From positions 6,848,001 through 6,912,000 of the forward strand of contig OZ244999.1 of NCBI GenBank assembly GCA_965223265.1: a DNA stretch of 64,000 bases, read 5' to 3'. The notes below the pieces were generated by a model. That model saw nothing but the letters and a program-made list of their open reading frames with translations, was not told the DNA's origin and searched no databases. Each line of letters begins with the position of its first letter. Position 1 is the stretch's first letter. Position numbers and translations under genes: made by a program. The DNA is from Planctomycetota bacterium (GTDB taxonomy: Bacteria; Planctomycetota; UBA8108; SXIK01). Positions 20,110-29,308 of the stretch are shown piece by piece.

Positions 20110-21630
20110 TCATGGCTCAGCCGACAGGCTCGCCAGTCGAACGTAGACATCGCGCAGTCGCTCCTCCACCTCGCCGTGCACCTCATGCACGCGGTCATAG
20201 GTCGCTGCGGCAGCGCGGTTCGGGGCGACGGTTCGCGCTGTCGGCTGCAGCTTGCTCATGGCAGTCCGCACGTCCGGGAACAGCCCGGCGGCAACGGCTG
20301 CAAGACACGCACTCCCGAGACCGGTGGCCTCGTCGTGCTGTGGCAACGCCAGAGGCACACCAAAGACATCCGCGCGAATCTGCGCCCAGAGCTCACTGCG
20401 CGCACCACCGCCGACGAGCCGCAGCTGTTTCACGTCGACTTTTGCGTCGCGAATGCGCTCGAGTAGCCGGCGCGAGGCAAACGAGCTGCCTTCGAGAATC
20501 GCACGGTAAATGTGAGCCAAACCGTGTTGCGGCGATAAGCCAACCAGCGCGCCGCGTTCTGCTGGCTCCCAGTTCGGAGCGCGGCTACCGACGAGCGTGG
20601 GGAAGAAAAGGAGCTGCTCGGCGCCGGCGTCGAGACGTGCAGCCTCGGCGTCAAGTCGCGCCAGAAGCGCCGCACGCGACGCCCCTGCTGCCTCACTGCC
20701 ACCAAACCGATCGCAGAACCACTCGACACAGCCGCCACTAAGCGACATCGGTCCACCCGCCAGCCAGCACCCGTCCACGGCGTGGGGATTGACGAGAAAA
20801 CCCGCCTGAGGATCGAGCACCGGTGACGACGTGCACGCAAAGACGACGTCGGTCGTGCCAATCACGCTGACCGCGTCACCCGGGGCGACGACCCCGGCGC
20901 CGAGTGCCGCGACCGTCCCATCCGGCCCCCCCACCGCAACGGGAAGTCTCGCCTCGAGTCCAAGGTCGGCCGCGGCGTCGGGAGAGAGACCGCCAGCGAC
21001 CTGGGCTGCCGCGTGTATCGGCGGGAACTTGCTCGATTCGAGACCGAGGACAGAGAAGAACGGCTCGTGCCACACCGACTTGGCGACGTCCGCCAGCAGC
21101 GTGTAGCCTGCGTGCGTGCGGTCCGTCACCATGGCGCCGGTGAGCTGAGCCACAAGATAGTCCTTCAAGCTGAGGAATTTGTCCGTGCGCGCATAGAGGC
21201 TCGTTTCATGGCGCTGCAGCCAGAGTACAAGACAAGCGACGCGTTCGGGATCGATGCGCTTGCCGGTCGCTTCGTAGACGCGCTGCTCCCCGAGCTTCTC
21301 GCGCACGAAGTCGGCTTCGCGGCAGGCGCGCTTGTCGATCCACGTCAGCGCGGGACGGAGAGGACGGCGCTGATTGTCGACGGCGACCAGTCCGAGCTGC
21401 GCGCTGACGCCGATCGCGGCGATGCGAGCTGCGTCGATGCCGCTGAGCGCCTGACGCACAGCATCCTTCATGGCGGCGAGCGCGGCGCGTGGCTCGAGTT
21501 CGGACTGCGCTGCGGCCACCGCGGAGGAGTACGGCGACTCAGCGAGTGCGGAGCACACGCCGTCCGTTGCGATCACGGCCGCTTTGACTGCCCGTGTACC
21601 AGCGTCGATCGCCAGCATCAGGTCGCGCAT
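20110..21630 (-). CDS. FGGY-family carbohydrate kinase (xylulokinase-like)
   Basis: LAIDAGTRAVKA, WIDKRA, LSLKDYL..LTG, GGPDGT, IGTT, RAILEG and LVGGGARSELWAQIRADV. Confidence 0.9.
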   Translation of the reverse strand: MRDLMLAIDAGTRAVKAAVIATDGVCSALAESPYSSAVAAAQSELEPRAALAAMKDAVRQALSGIDAARIAAIGVSAQLGLVAVDNQRRPLRPALTWIDKRACREADFVREKLGEQRVYEATGKRIDPERVACLVLWLQRHETSLYARTDKFLSLKDYLVAQLTGAMVTDRTHAGYTLLADVAKSVWHEPFFSVLGLESSKFPPIHAAAQVAGGLSPDAAADLGLEARLPVAVGGPDGTVAALGAGVVAPGDAVSVIGTTDVVFACTSSPVLDPQAGFLVNPHAVDGCWLAGGPMSLSGGCVEWFCDRFGGSEAAGASRAALLARLDAEAARLDAGAEQLLFFPTLVGSRAPNWEPAERGALVGLSPQHGLAHIYRAILEGSSFASRRLLERIRDAKVDVKQLRLVGGGARSELWAQIRADVFGVPLALPQHDEATGLGSACLAAVAAGLFPDVRTAMSKLQPTARTVAPNRAAAATYDRVHEVHGEVEERLRDVYVRLASLSAEP

Positions 21631-21835
21631 CGCTAGACTCCAGCGTCAATCAGCGTTCACGGAGGGTTCACGCCCGGACTCGTTTCATTCACGTTCCCGG
21701 TTCTTCGGCAGTGCACTCTTCGCAGCAGCGGAGGTAAACCAAGCCGAGGAGCCCTCTGTGGGCCCACCCGCCTTCTCGTCGAGTGCTCCACGCCCACACT
21801 TGGGCGCATTCACGTAGAATTCACCTTTACAGCGG

Positions 21836-22651
21836 CTACCGAACCTTCGCCTCGAGAAGCATCCCGTCTGGATCGATGCTCTCGCGGATGAGAGCTACTT
21901 GCTCCGGTGTCGGCGGGGGCGTCTCCTCGATCTCGTCAGGAATCAAAAGATCAAACCCGGTCTTCTGCTTGACGGTGTCGACGGCAACGCCCGGGTGTAC
22001 GGATTCAAGCCGCATGCGTTTCGACTCTGGGTCGAACCCAAGAACAGCGTACTCCGTGAACACCTTCGCGGGCCCGCCGCCAGGCAGGCCGGCCTTCTCA
22101 CGAGCATCACCACCGTCGAGAAAACCGACGCCCGATATGAAGTCCACCTTCTCGACAAACTGCCGAGGGCTGTGCTCCATCGTGATGAAGGTACGCTTGG
22201 CGAACGCCGCGTGGTCGGTCTGCGCGAGGCATCCTACAAGCCTCACCTTTGGCGACTCGTAGGGACCGATGCAAACGATATTGAGGTTGCCGTACATGTC
22301 GATCTGGGCGCCGGAGATCGCACCGACGTCCATTTTGCCGCACTTGAAAACGTCGAGCGCCTCCTGCTCAGGAATCTGTGCCTTCGAGCGCCAGTGGACC
22401 AGCTCGTAGTCATCACGCAACGAGGACGGGAGCGTCCTCAGATCCGGATCGATCAGCGGACCCAGCATCGGCACGAGGTTCGGCGCATGCGAAAGTTGCG
22501 CCAGCCGACAGGCGACGAGCGGGATTCCGACGGCGAGAATGAAGGCCCGGCCGCCGGTGCCGATACCGATGAAAACGACCTCCTCGTCCCGCAGGTGCGA
22601 AGCGTACGCAACCGCCATGAGTTCTTCGGTGCGATAATCGTCGATCACCAT
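21836..22651 (-). CDS. Family I CoA-transferase beta-subunit-like protein (GctB fold), catalytic Glu absent
   Basis: EELMAVAYA, SGAQIDMYGNLN, PKVRLVG, FVEKVDFISGVG and MRLESVHPGV; has MLGP in place of the ESG motif. Confidence 0.85.
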   Translation of the reverse strand: MVIDDYRTEELMAVAYASHLRDEEVVFIGIGTGGRAFILAVGIPLVACRLAQLSHAPNLVPMLGPLIDPDLRTLPSSLRDDYELVHWRSKAQIPEQEALDVFKCGKMDVGAISGAQIDMYGNLNIVCIGPYESPKVRLVGCLAQTDHAAFAKRTFITMEHSPRQFVEKVDFISGVGFLDGGDAREKAGLPGGGPAKVFTEYAVLGFDPESKRMRLESVHPGVAVDTVKQKTGFDLLIPDEIEETPPPTPEQVALIRESIDPDGMLLEAKVR

Positions 22652-23562
22652 CAGCTGACCTCCTTTGGCCTCTCGAGCCCCAAGAGCCGCTTCACCCCTA
22701 TGCGTTCGAGGTAAGCGAAGTGATCGTCGACGCCGAGCACGTTGTGCTCAAGCCACGACGCGAACTCTTCTGCTGATTTAGTCCGCTCGTGATACTCCCG
22801 GAGAAAGTCGAGGTCGTAGTCGTAGCGGCAGTCGCAAGCTGTTGGGTGGGCGCCGAATGGCGCTTCGACGATGTGGTCGACGAAGAACTTCGGCAAAATC
22901 GTCAAGTGTGGACGTTCACTCACCGCCTCTTCGCTCACAACTTGTTCAACGGAAACGATCACCTTCTTCGCCGACTTAGCGATCAAGGTGTCGACCTCAT
23001 TGTCCAGCTCACGGATCGGATCCAACTGAACGTTGCCGACGAAGTCGGCGGTGTGAGCATGGATCAACGCGAAGTCCGGACGAAAAGCTGGCAAGACGCA
23101 AAATTTCTCGCCGGTGAAGGGGCAGTCCATGCGCCGCACACGATCGTTGTGAGCCTCGATACCTGAACCGAGCGGCGTTTTCGAAGGGTAGAACGTCCAG
23201 CCCATGCTTCCAGCACGGAAGGCGTCAATCGCGGTCGTCTCGGAGTGCTCGTAAATCTTCAGCTCCCCACGCTCAACCGCGCGGCGATAGTGATTCGCCA
23301 GGCCGATCATGGCTAGGCCAATGTAGGAAGTCTCGACCGCTTGGACGCAGCCCGCGCCAATGAGCAGATCCATATCGATGGCGTTGTTCCAGCCAAGAAG
23401 TGTCAGGCCTCGTTTCTTCTGCCTGATCATCTCGTAGATCATCGCCATCGGGTGGCGACGAATGAGCGACCCCCCGATCGCGACCGTCGCACCGTCGGGA
23501 ATCAACTCGACGGCGCGAGCGAGTGTCGTGCGTTTGTCCTTTTTCGCGGTCATGTCCTGCAA
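22651..23562 (-). CDS. Family I CoA-transferase alpha-subunit-like protein (GctA/IpdA fold)
   Basis: IPDGATVAIGG, HPMAMIYEMIRQ, DLLIGAG, CPFTGE, PDFALIHAHTADFVGN and EAPFGAHPT. The start may be ATG 23553. Confidence 0.88.
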   Translation of the reverse strand: MQDMTAKKDKRTTLARAVELIPDGATVAIGGSLIRRHPMAMIYEMIRQKKRGLTLLGWNNAIDMDLLIGAGCVQAVETSYIGLAMIGLANHYRRAVERGELKIYEHSETTAIDAFRAGSMGWTFYPSKTPLGSGIEAHNDRVRRMDCPFTGEKFCVLPAFRPDFALIHAHTADFVGNVQLDPIRELDNEVDTLIAKSAKKVIVSVEQVVSEEAVSERPHLTILPKFFVDHIVEAPFGAHPTACDCRYDYDLDFLREYHERTKSAEEFASWLEHNVLGVDDHFAYLERIGVKRLLGLERPKEVS

Positions 23563-23587
23563 GCCTTACCTGTCTGATCGAACCAAG

Positions 23588-23655
23588 GTGGCAGGCACAG
23601 TCTGTGTGCCGCCCGCTTTTGCTATTGGCTACGGCACACAGAGTGTGCCTGCTAC
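23588..23655. repeat. REPIN: inverted pair of GTAG-family REPs inside the operon
   Basis: gtggcaggcacagtctgtgtgccg-N20-cggcacacagagtgtgcctgctac; the arms are near-perfect reverse complements. Confidence 0.85.
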
Positions 23656-23662
23656 TCTCCGC

Positions 23663-24469
23663 TCAGTCGATCTTGGCGCTCAGAAGGAGGCCCTCCGGGT
23701 CGACTCGCCCGCGCAGCACTTCGAGTTCCGAGGCCATCGGCGCCGTGAGCGTCGCTACGCCATCGACCCCCAGCGGCTCAAAACTCATCAGTTGACGCAA
23801 CTCGCTCGGATCGAAGCCGGGAAGGCAGTTCTTCGCACGCATGCGTTTCGTCTCGTCATCAAACTCGAACACCGCGCCGTTCGTCACGACGCGCCAGGGA
23901 CCCTGAGGCGGCAACCCCACACGCTCGCGCGCGCCAGGACCAGAAAGGTACCCGGCGCCTGAAATGAAGTCGACTTGTTCGACGAACGTTCGCGGCGAAA
24001 GATCATTGACGATACAGTTCCGTGCCGGCGAAGCCAAGTGGTCGGTCTGCGCGATCGGGCCGACGAGTCGTACTTTCGGACGGCGTTCGGTGCCGATGGC
24101 GACGACGTTGAGATTGCCGTAGACGTCGACCTGCGAACCAGAGACGAAGCTGACGGTTATCTTGCCGAGCTTGAAGCAGTCGAGACACTCTTCGACAGGG
24201 ATCTGCGCTTCGCACGGCCACGAGATCAGCTCCGAGTCCGTGTAGGATCGGGGCTGCGACGCGGGGTCAGGATTGACGATCGGGCCAAGCATGAGCGTGA
24301 GTCCCGGGGCGTGTGTCAGCCGGGCCAACTGACAGGCGGCGGTCGGAATGCCGACCGCCAGGACGAACGCTCGCCCACCTGTACCGATGCCAACGAACGC
24401 CACATCGGTCGAGCGCAACTCCCGAGCGATCGCGATCGTCATCAGCTCTTCGATCGTCGCGGGCGTCAC
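23663..24469 (-). CDS. Family I CoA-transferase beta-subunit-like protein, catalytic Glu absent
   Basis: EELMTIAIARE, SGSQVDVYGNLN, PKVRLVG and FVEQVDFISGAG; has MLGP in place of ESG. GTG 24469 has a GGAGG RBS and lies 1 nt after the alpha-subunit stop. Confidence 0.85.
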   Translation of the reverse strand: MTPATIEELMTIAIARELRSTDVAFVGIGTGGRAFVLAVGIPTAACQLARLTHAPGLTLMLGPIVNPDPASQPRSYTDSELISWPCEAQIPVEECLDCFKLGKITVSFVSGSQVDVYGNLNVVAIGTERRPKVRLVGPIAQTDHLASPARNCIVNDLSPRTFVEQVDFISGAGYLSGPGARERVGLPPQGPWRVVTNGAVFEFDDETKRMRAKNCLPGFDPSELRQLMSFEPLGVDGVATLTAPMASELEVLRGRVDPEGLLLSAKID

Positions 24470-24470
24470 G

Positions 24471-25358
24471 TCAGCTCCTCCCACCCTTGGCCGGATCGTT
24501 TCGCGCACCGATCTTCTCGAGGTAGTCGGCATGACTCCCAGGACGCCGGACATACTCGTCCACGAATGCGTCGAATGTAGCGGCGTTCTTCGAGGCAGCA
24601 TAATAGAGCGCGGTGAAATCGAGATCGTAGTCGTAACGCAGATCGCAAGAACACGGGTGGGCGCCCTGCGGCGCCTCGACCACTGCGTCGACGAAAAACC
24701 CGGGCAGAATTGTCGCCTGTGGTCTCTTCATGACGGTCTCCGTCGACACGATTTCCTCGACGCTGACGATCACGCGTTTGGCACTTCGGGCAATGAAGAC
24801 ATCAGCAAAATTGTCCATGAGCACACGCTCGTCGATCTGAACGTTACCCTTCGCATCAGCAGTGTGCGCGTGCAAGAGCGCGACGTCTGGCTCTGCGGCA
24901 CGCAACGCTGCCATGCGTTTGCCAGTGAACGGACACACGATCTCGCGCGTTTCCGCCTCGAAGTTCATCAGGCCGCTACCGAGCGGGCCGTTCGAAGGGA
25001 TGAACGAGATGCCCATGGCCCCGGCACGAAATCGCTCAAGTGCGGTGTTCTCCGAGTCCTCGACGATGTCGATCGAACCGGCTTCTGCGGCGCGCCGATA
25101 GTTGAGCGCTAGACCGAAGCGCCCCATACCAACGTACGACGTCTGCACAGAGCGGACGCAGCCGGCGCCGACCAGAAGGTCGAAGTCGATGCCGTTGTTC
25201 CAGCCGCTCAGTCGTAGATCGCGTCGGCCTTGGCGCACGAGCTCGTACACCATCGCCATCGGATGGCGACGCTGGGAGTGGCCGCCGAGCGCCAACTGCG
25301 CTCCATCGCCGATCGTACCGACGGCCTCCTCAAGCGACGTGATCTTCTTTGCTTCCAT
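24471..25358 (-). CDS. Family I CoA-transferase alpha-subunit-like protein
   Basis: IGDGAQLALGG, HPMAMVYELVRQG, DLLVGAG, CPFTGK, PDVALLHAHTADAKGN and EAPQGAHPCS. Confidence 0.88.
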   Translation of the reverse strand: MEAKKITSLEEAVGTIGDGAQLALGGHSQRRHPMAMVYELVRQGRRDLRLSGWNNGIDFDLLVGAGCVRSVQTSYVGMGRFGLALNYRRAAEAGSIDIVEDSENTALERFRAGAMGISFIPSNGPLGSGLMNFEAETREIVCPFTGKRMAALRAAEPDVALLHAHTADAKGNVQIDERVLMDNFADVFIARSAKRVIVSVEEIVSTETVMKRPQATILPGFFVDAVVEAPQGAHPCSCDLRYDYDLDFTALYYAASKNAATFDAFVDEYVRRPGSHADYLEKIGARNDPAKGGRS

Positions 25359-25457
25359 GACCTAACACTGTTTTTCGCAAACCTTGCGGCTGTGCGCCCG
25401 CGCTGGCGGCCAGCGCTCAGCACATCCCGTCAACAAAGGCTCCGTCGAAGTGCCCTA

Positions 25458-25505
25458 TCAAAAAGGCTCAAAAAGGCCCCATCAAAAAGGCCCCATCAAA
25501 AAGGC
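25458..25505. repeat. Four short direct repeats of TCAAAAAGGC, reiterating the ThDP gene stop region
   Basis: tcaaaaaggc at 25458, 25468, 25482 and 25496. Confidence 0.7.
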
Positions 25506-27184
25506 TCCGTCCAGACGTTCTCATCAGGGTCGATGAGAACGTCGAGCAAGTACGTGCCGTTATGGGCAAGCGCCCTTTCGACCGCTGGCTGCAAGTCCCC
25601 GGGAGCTTCGACGCGCTCACCGTCGGCCCCGAAACCGCGCGCCACCTGTGCGAATTGGATGTCCGTAAAATCGACGCCGATGTAGCGCGGCCCGAAGTAC
25701 GTCAGCTGCTCCTGCTTGATGTTGCCGTAAGCCATGTTGTTCATGACGATGATGAGAACGGGCGCCTTCTCGCGCACTGAAGTCTCGATCTCGCTGACGC
25801 ACATCCCAAGGGAACCGTCACCGATGATGCAGGCGACGGGATGTTCTGGACGTGCGAGTTTGGCCGCAATTGCAGCTGGCAAGGCGAACCCCATGTTGCC
25901 GAAGCCAACCGGCTTGATGTAAGTCCCTGGCTCGAAAATCGGCAGCAAGTGAGTCCAAATCCCAGGGTTGCCCGCGCCGGCTGCGATGATCGTCTGGCGC
26001 GGTAGAGCCGCGCGCAGCGCCTGCATGAAAAACTGCGGCTTGATCGGCTGAGCGGTCGCGTACTCTCGCTTGAAGATCTTCTTCTCCCACTCCGCTTGCG
26101 CCGCCTCGAGCTCTTTGACGCGCTGGCGGCGCACCTCGAGGCCCGCAGCTGCCGGTGCGCAGCCCGCGAGGGCCGCGAGGAGCTGCGTGGTGACGACGGT
26201 GGCGTCGCCGACAACGCCGACTTCAACGGGATAGTGCCGACCGATGTTGGCAGCGTCCACATCGACCTGTACGAGGCGACGCGGGAGCTGCAGCTTCCAG
26301 CGTCCGGTCGACGGCGCATTGAGGCTGTTACCGATCGCCAGCACGACGTCGGCCTCCTCGAGCACGCGGCCGGTGACCTCGGTACCGTGGCGACTGCGCG
26401 GTCCGAAGACCAAGCGGTGGTCCGCCGGGACCACCCCAACGCCGTTGTACGTCGTCACTAGAGGCGCTTCCAACAGCTCGGCGAGTTGGACCAGCTCGGC
26501 GGTGCCGCGCGCCACGAGCGCGCCCCGCCCCGCCCAGATCGCCGGCCGCTGCGCGTCAGAGAGCAGCTCGGCGGCAGCTGCGATCGCCGCGGCATCGCCT
26601 GCGGGTCGCGCTTCCGTGCGGTAAACAAGCGGTGTCGACGGAACGTAGTCTACAGTGGCATCCTCGAGAACGTCGCGCGAGAAGTCGAGGTGTACCGGTC
26701 CTGGGTTCCCCGTCACAGCACGGCGGAACGCCTCGTGGACGGCATCCGGAATCCGTTCGGCAATGGTGACCAGACAGGACCACTTCGTGAACTGTCCGAG
26801 CAGCTTGCAGTGATCTGCCTCCTGCGCGTCGTCACGCTGAAAATCACGCGCACGATTGTTGGCCGTGAGCACGAGCATTGGGCTCGAATCGCGCTGCGCC
26901 CCGCCGATTCCCGTGACCAGGTTCGTGACACCTGGCCCAGTGGTCGCGAGGCAGACGCCAGGGCGACCTGTCAAACGTCCGTAGGCGTCAGCCATGCACG
27001 CCGCACCGCGCTCGTCGCGTGTCGTGATGAAGCGGATCTCGCTGGCGTCAAACAGCGCGTCCATAATGGCGAGATTCTGACCACCCGGAACGCCGAAGAC
27101 AAACTCAACGCCTTCTCGACGCAAACAATCGACGACGGCCGCACCGCCGCGACCTTGAACTCGATCTGGAAGAGATTCTCCCAT
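25496..27184 (-). CDS. Thiamine-diphosphate-dependent enzyme (acetolactate synthase-like superfamily)
   Basis: GVEFVFGVPG, catalytic Glu in TRDERGA, TTGPGVTN, GPVHLD and the ThDP motif GDGSLGM..VMNN. ATG 27184 preferred. Confidence 0.92.
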   Translation of the reverse strand: MGESLPDRVQGRGGAAVVDCLRREGVEFVFGVPGGQNLAIMDALFDASEIRFITTRDERGAACMADAYGRLTGRPGVCLATTGPGVTNLVTGIGGAQRDSSPMLVLTANNRARDFQRDDAQEADHCKLLGQFTKWSCLVTIAERIPDAVHEAFRRAVTGNPGPVHLDFSRDVLEDATVDYVPSTPLVYRTEARPAGDAAAIAAAAELLSDAQRPAIWAGRGALVARGTAELVQLAELLEAPLVTTYNGVGVVPADHRLVFGPRSRHGTEVTGRVLEEADVVLAIGNSLNAPSTGRWKLQLPRRLVQVDVDAANIGRHYPVEVGVVGDATVVTTQLLAALAGCAPAAAGLEVRRQRVKELEAAQAEWEKKIFKREYATAQPIKPQFFMQALRAALPRQTIIAAGAGNPGIWTHLLPIFEPGTYIKPVGFGNMGFALPAAIAAKLARPEHPVACIIGDGSLGMCVSEIETSVREKAPVLIIVMNNMAYGNIKQEQLTYFGPRYIGVDFTDIQFAQVARGFGADGERVEAPGDLQPAVERALAHNGTYLLDVLIDPDENVWTEPF

Positions 27185-27206
27185 GCTTCTGCCAAACACC
27201 TCCGCG

Positions 27207-27992
27207 TTAGTCCCTCGGCAAGTAGACACCGGACGGGTCGATCACCTCGCGCAGAAGTCGAACGTCTTCTGCACTCGGACCGACTGTCGTCGGTGCCTCG
27301 TCTGGCAGGAGTAAATCGAATCCCGTGTTCTCTTTCACCTCGTCGAGACTGACTCCGGGATGCAGCGATTCGAGCCGCATGCGCTTCGTCGCGTCGTCGA
27401 ACCCCAAGATGGCGAGGTTGGTGATCACGCGCACAGGTCCCGCGCCGCGCAGTCCGTTCGCCTCACGCTCACCAGCCCCGCCGAGGTGACCGGGAGTCGT
27501 GACGTATCCGACGCGGCTGGGAAACTTGCGCCGCTCGTGCGGCACGATCACGACGACGCGTTTAGCGAGCGACGCGATGTCGTTGGCGCCGCCACTTCCC
27601 GGTAGGCGCACCTTCGGCCGGCGGTAGTCGCCAATCGCCGTCGAGTTGATGTTGCCGTACTGGTCGATTTCTGCCGCTCCCAGAAACCCCAAGTCCACGA
27701 AACCCCCTTGGAGAAGACTCAGCGCGTAGTAGAGCCCTGAAGTCTTGGTGCAATCTGTCATCAGACAAAAGTCGCCGACGCCGGTCGCCAACGACTCCGG
27801 CTGCGCATCGATGATCCCCGACTCGAAGAACATGGTGACGCCGGGGGCGTGCGTATACTTGGCGAGGTAGGCGGCAATCATCGGCAGACCGGTACCGATG
27901 ATGGCGACTTCGCTGTCACGGATCTCGCGCGCCGCGGCGACCGCCATCAATTCTTCGCGACTACACTCCTGAATCTGTTGCTGACTGCTCAT
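27207..27992 (-). CDS. Family I CoA-transferase beta subunit (glutaconate CoA-transferase B-like), catalytic Glu present
   Basis: IIGTGLP, FFESGIID (catalytic Glu), FLGAAEIDQYGNINST and RLPGSGGANDIAS. ATG 27992 preferred. Confidence 0.9.
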   Translation of the reverse strand: MSSQQQIQECSREELMAVAAAREIRDSEVAIIGTGLPMIAAYLAKYTHAPGVTMFFESGIIDAQPESLATGVGDFCLMTDCTKTSGLYYALSLLQGGFVDLGFLGAAEIDQYGNINSTAIGDYRRPKVRLPGSGGANDIASLAKRVVVIVPHERRKFPSRVGYVTTPGHLGGAGEREANGLRGAGPVRVITNLAILGFDDATKRMRLESLHPGVSLDEVKENTGFDLLLPDEAPTTVGPSAEDVRLLREVIDPSGVYLPRD

Positions 27993-28178
27993 GACTCGAC
28001 TTAAGCTCGAAGCTTCTCTAACGGACCTCTTGAAGACAACCGCGCCAGCGTCGAATAGCGGCATCGAACACAGCGTCGAACGGCGACGCGACTCGAGCCG
28101 AGGACTTCAGTGCAGCGCGTCTGAGCGTGAGGTCTCGAATGGTGGCTGTATCGCATCTTGATCCGAAGCACTGAGCCG

Positions 28179-29084
28179 CTAGTATCCGAGATACGGATCT
28201 GCACGCAGAGACGTCAGCCGTCGCAGGCCAATCTTGTCGAGGTAGCTCCAGTGGTCCTCGACGTTGTAAACGAACTCGTCAAGGTACTCCTGAAACGACT
28301 CCTCCTGTCTGGACGCATCCCAATAGTGTTGGATGTGCTCGCTATCATAGTTGTAGTAACGAAACATGCCGGCGGGATGGGCGCCGAAAGGCAACTCGAC
28401 AACGGCGTCAACCACGAATGACGGCAGGATGGTCGCTTCGGGGCGCCGCGCGATCTGGCGTCGGTCGACGACCTCTTCCACAGAGACAACCACCTTGCGC
28501 GCTGCGCGCGCCTGCTCGTCGATAATCGAAGTCATACCGAAAATCTGCGTGTTTCCTTCGCGATCGGCCCGGGCCGCGTGAATGAACGCAACGTCCGGCT
28601 GCACGGCACGCACTGAAACGTACGACTCACCCGTGAACGGGCACTGCGACATCCTATGCTTGTCGGCGTCGAAGCTCGTCACTTTCAGAATGTCGGTCCC
28701 CGCCATGACTTTCGTCGGCATCGACGACAGTCCCAAGGATCCCGCCATGAATCGCGATGTGATCCCGAAGTGACTGTAGTCCTCGACTTCCAATTGACCG
28801 CTCTCGACAGCGCGTGAAAAGTTTCGACAACGACCGAAACCTTCGAACATATAGTTCGACAGACGGGTCCGCCGCAGACGTCCGGCGCCGCTGAGAAGAT
28901 CGGCCGCCCAGCATTCGCCCATCGAGCTCAATTCGAGATCCTTCGCGCCTTGGCGAATGATCTCGCGGACAAGTGCGATCGGCGCGAGAGAATGCGCGAA
29001 GCCGCTGAACGTCAGATGACTACCATCCTTGACGACGGCCGCAGCCTCAGTGAGTGAAATCAGCTTGTCAGGAGCGGCGGTCAT
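28179..29084 (-). CDS. Family I CoA-transferase alpha subunit (glutaconate CoA-transferase A-like)
   Basis: VKDGSHLTFSGF, EVEDYSH, CPFTGE, PDVAFIHAARADREGN and PFGAHP. Confidence 0.9.
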   Translation of the reverse strand: MTAAPDKLISLTEAAAVVKDGSHLTFSGFAHSLAPIALVREIIRQGAKDLELSSMGECWAADLLSGAGRLRRTRLSNYMFEGFGRCRNFSRAVESGQLEVEDYSHFGITSRFMAGSLGLSSMPTKVMAGTDILKVTSFDADKHRMSQCPFTGESYVSVRAVQPDVAFIHAARADREGNTQIFGMTSIIDEQARAARKVVVSVEEVVDRRQIARRPEATILPSFVVDAVVELPFGAHPAGMFRYYNYDSEHIQHYWDASRQEESFQEYLDEFVYNVEDHWSYLDKIGLRRLTSLRADPYLGY

Positions 29085-29308
29085 AGAACGCGCGGTTGTT
29101 CCTCAACAGTGGTTGTAGTTGAGCGCAGTTGAACCGAATATAGTAGCTTGTCCGGGGCACGCGAGGTAAGTAAAATCTCGCTTCGAGAATGCGGTCGAGA
29201 TGGGCGGCTGCCGGCAGATTTCTTCGCCGTAGGGGCGGCCGGTTTTTCGTCGCTCATACTCCGCTACAGTCCGCAAGACGAATCGATCAACCTGACTGAG
29301 GAGAGGCA

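Noticed and set aside
25496-27184. Calling the ThDP enzyme ilvB or iolD
   Set aside because: There is no ilvN/ilvC or iol context; the motifs support only the superfamily.
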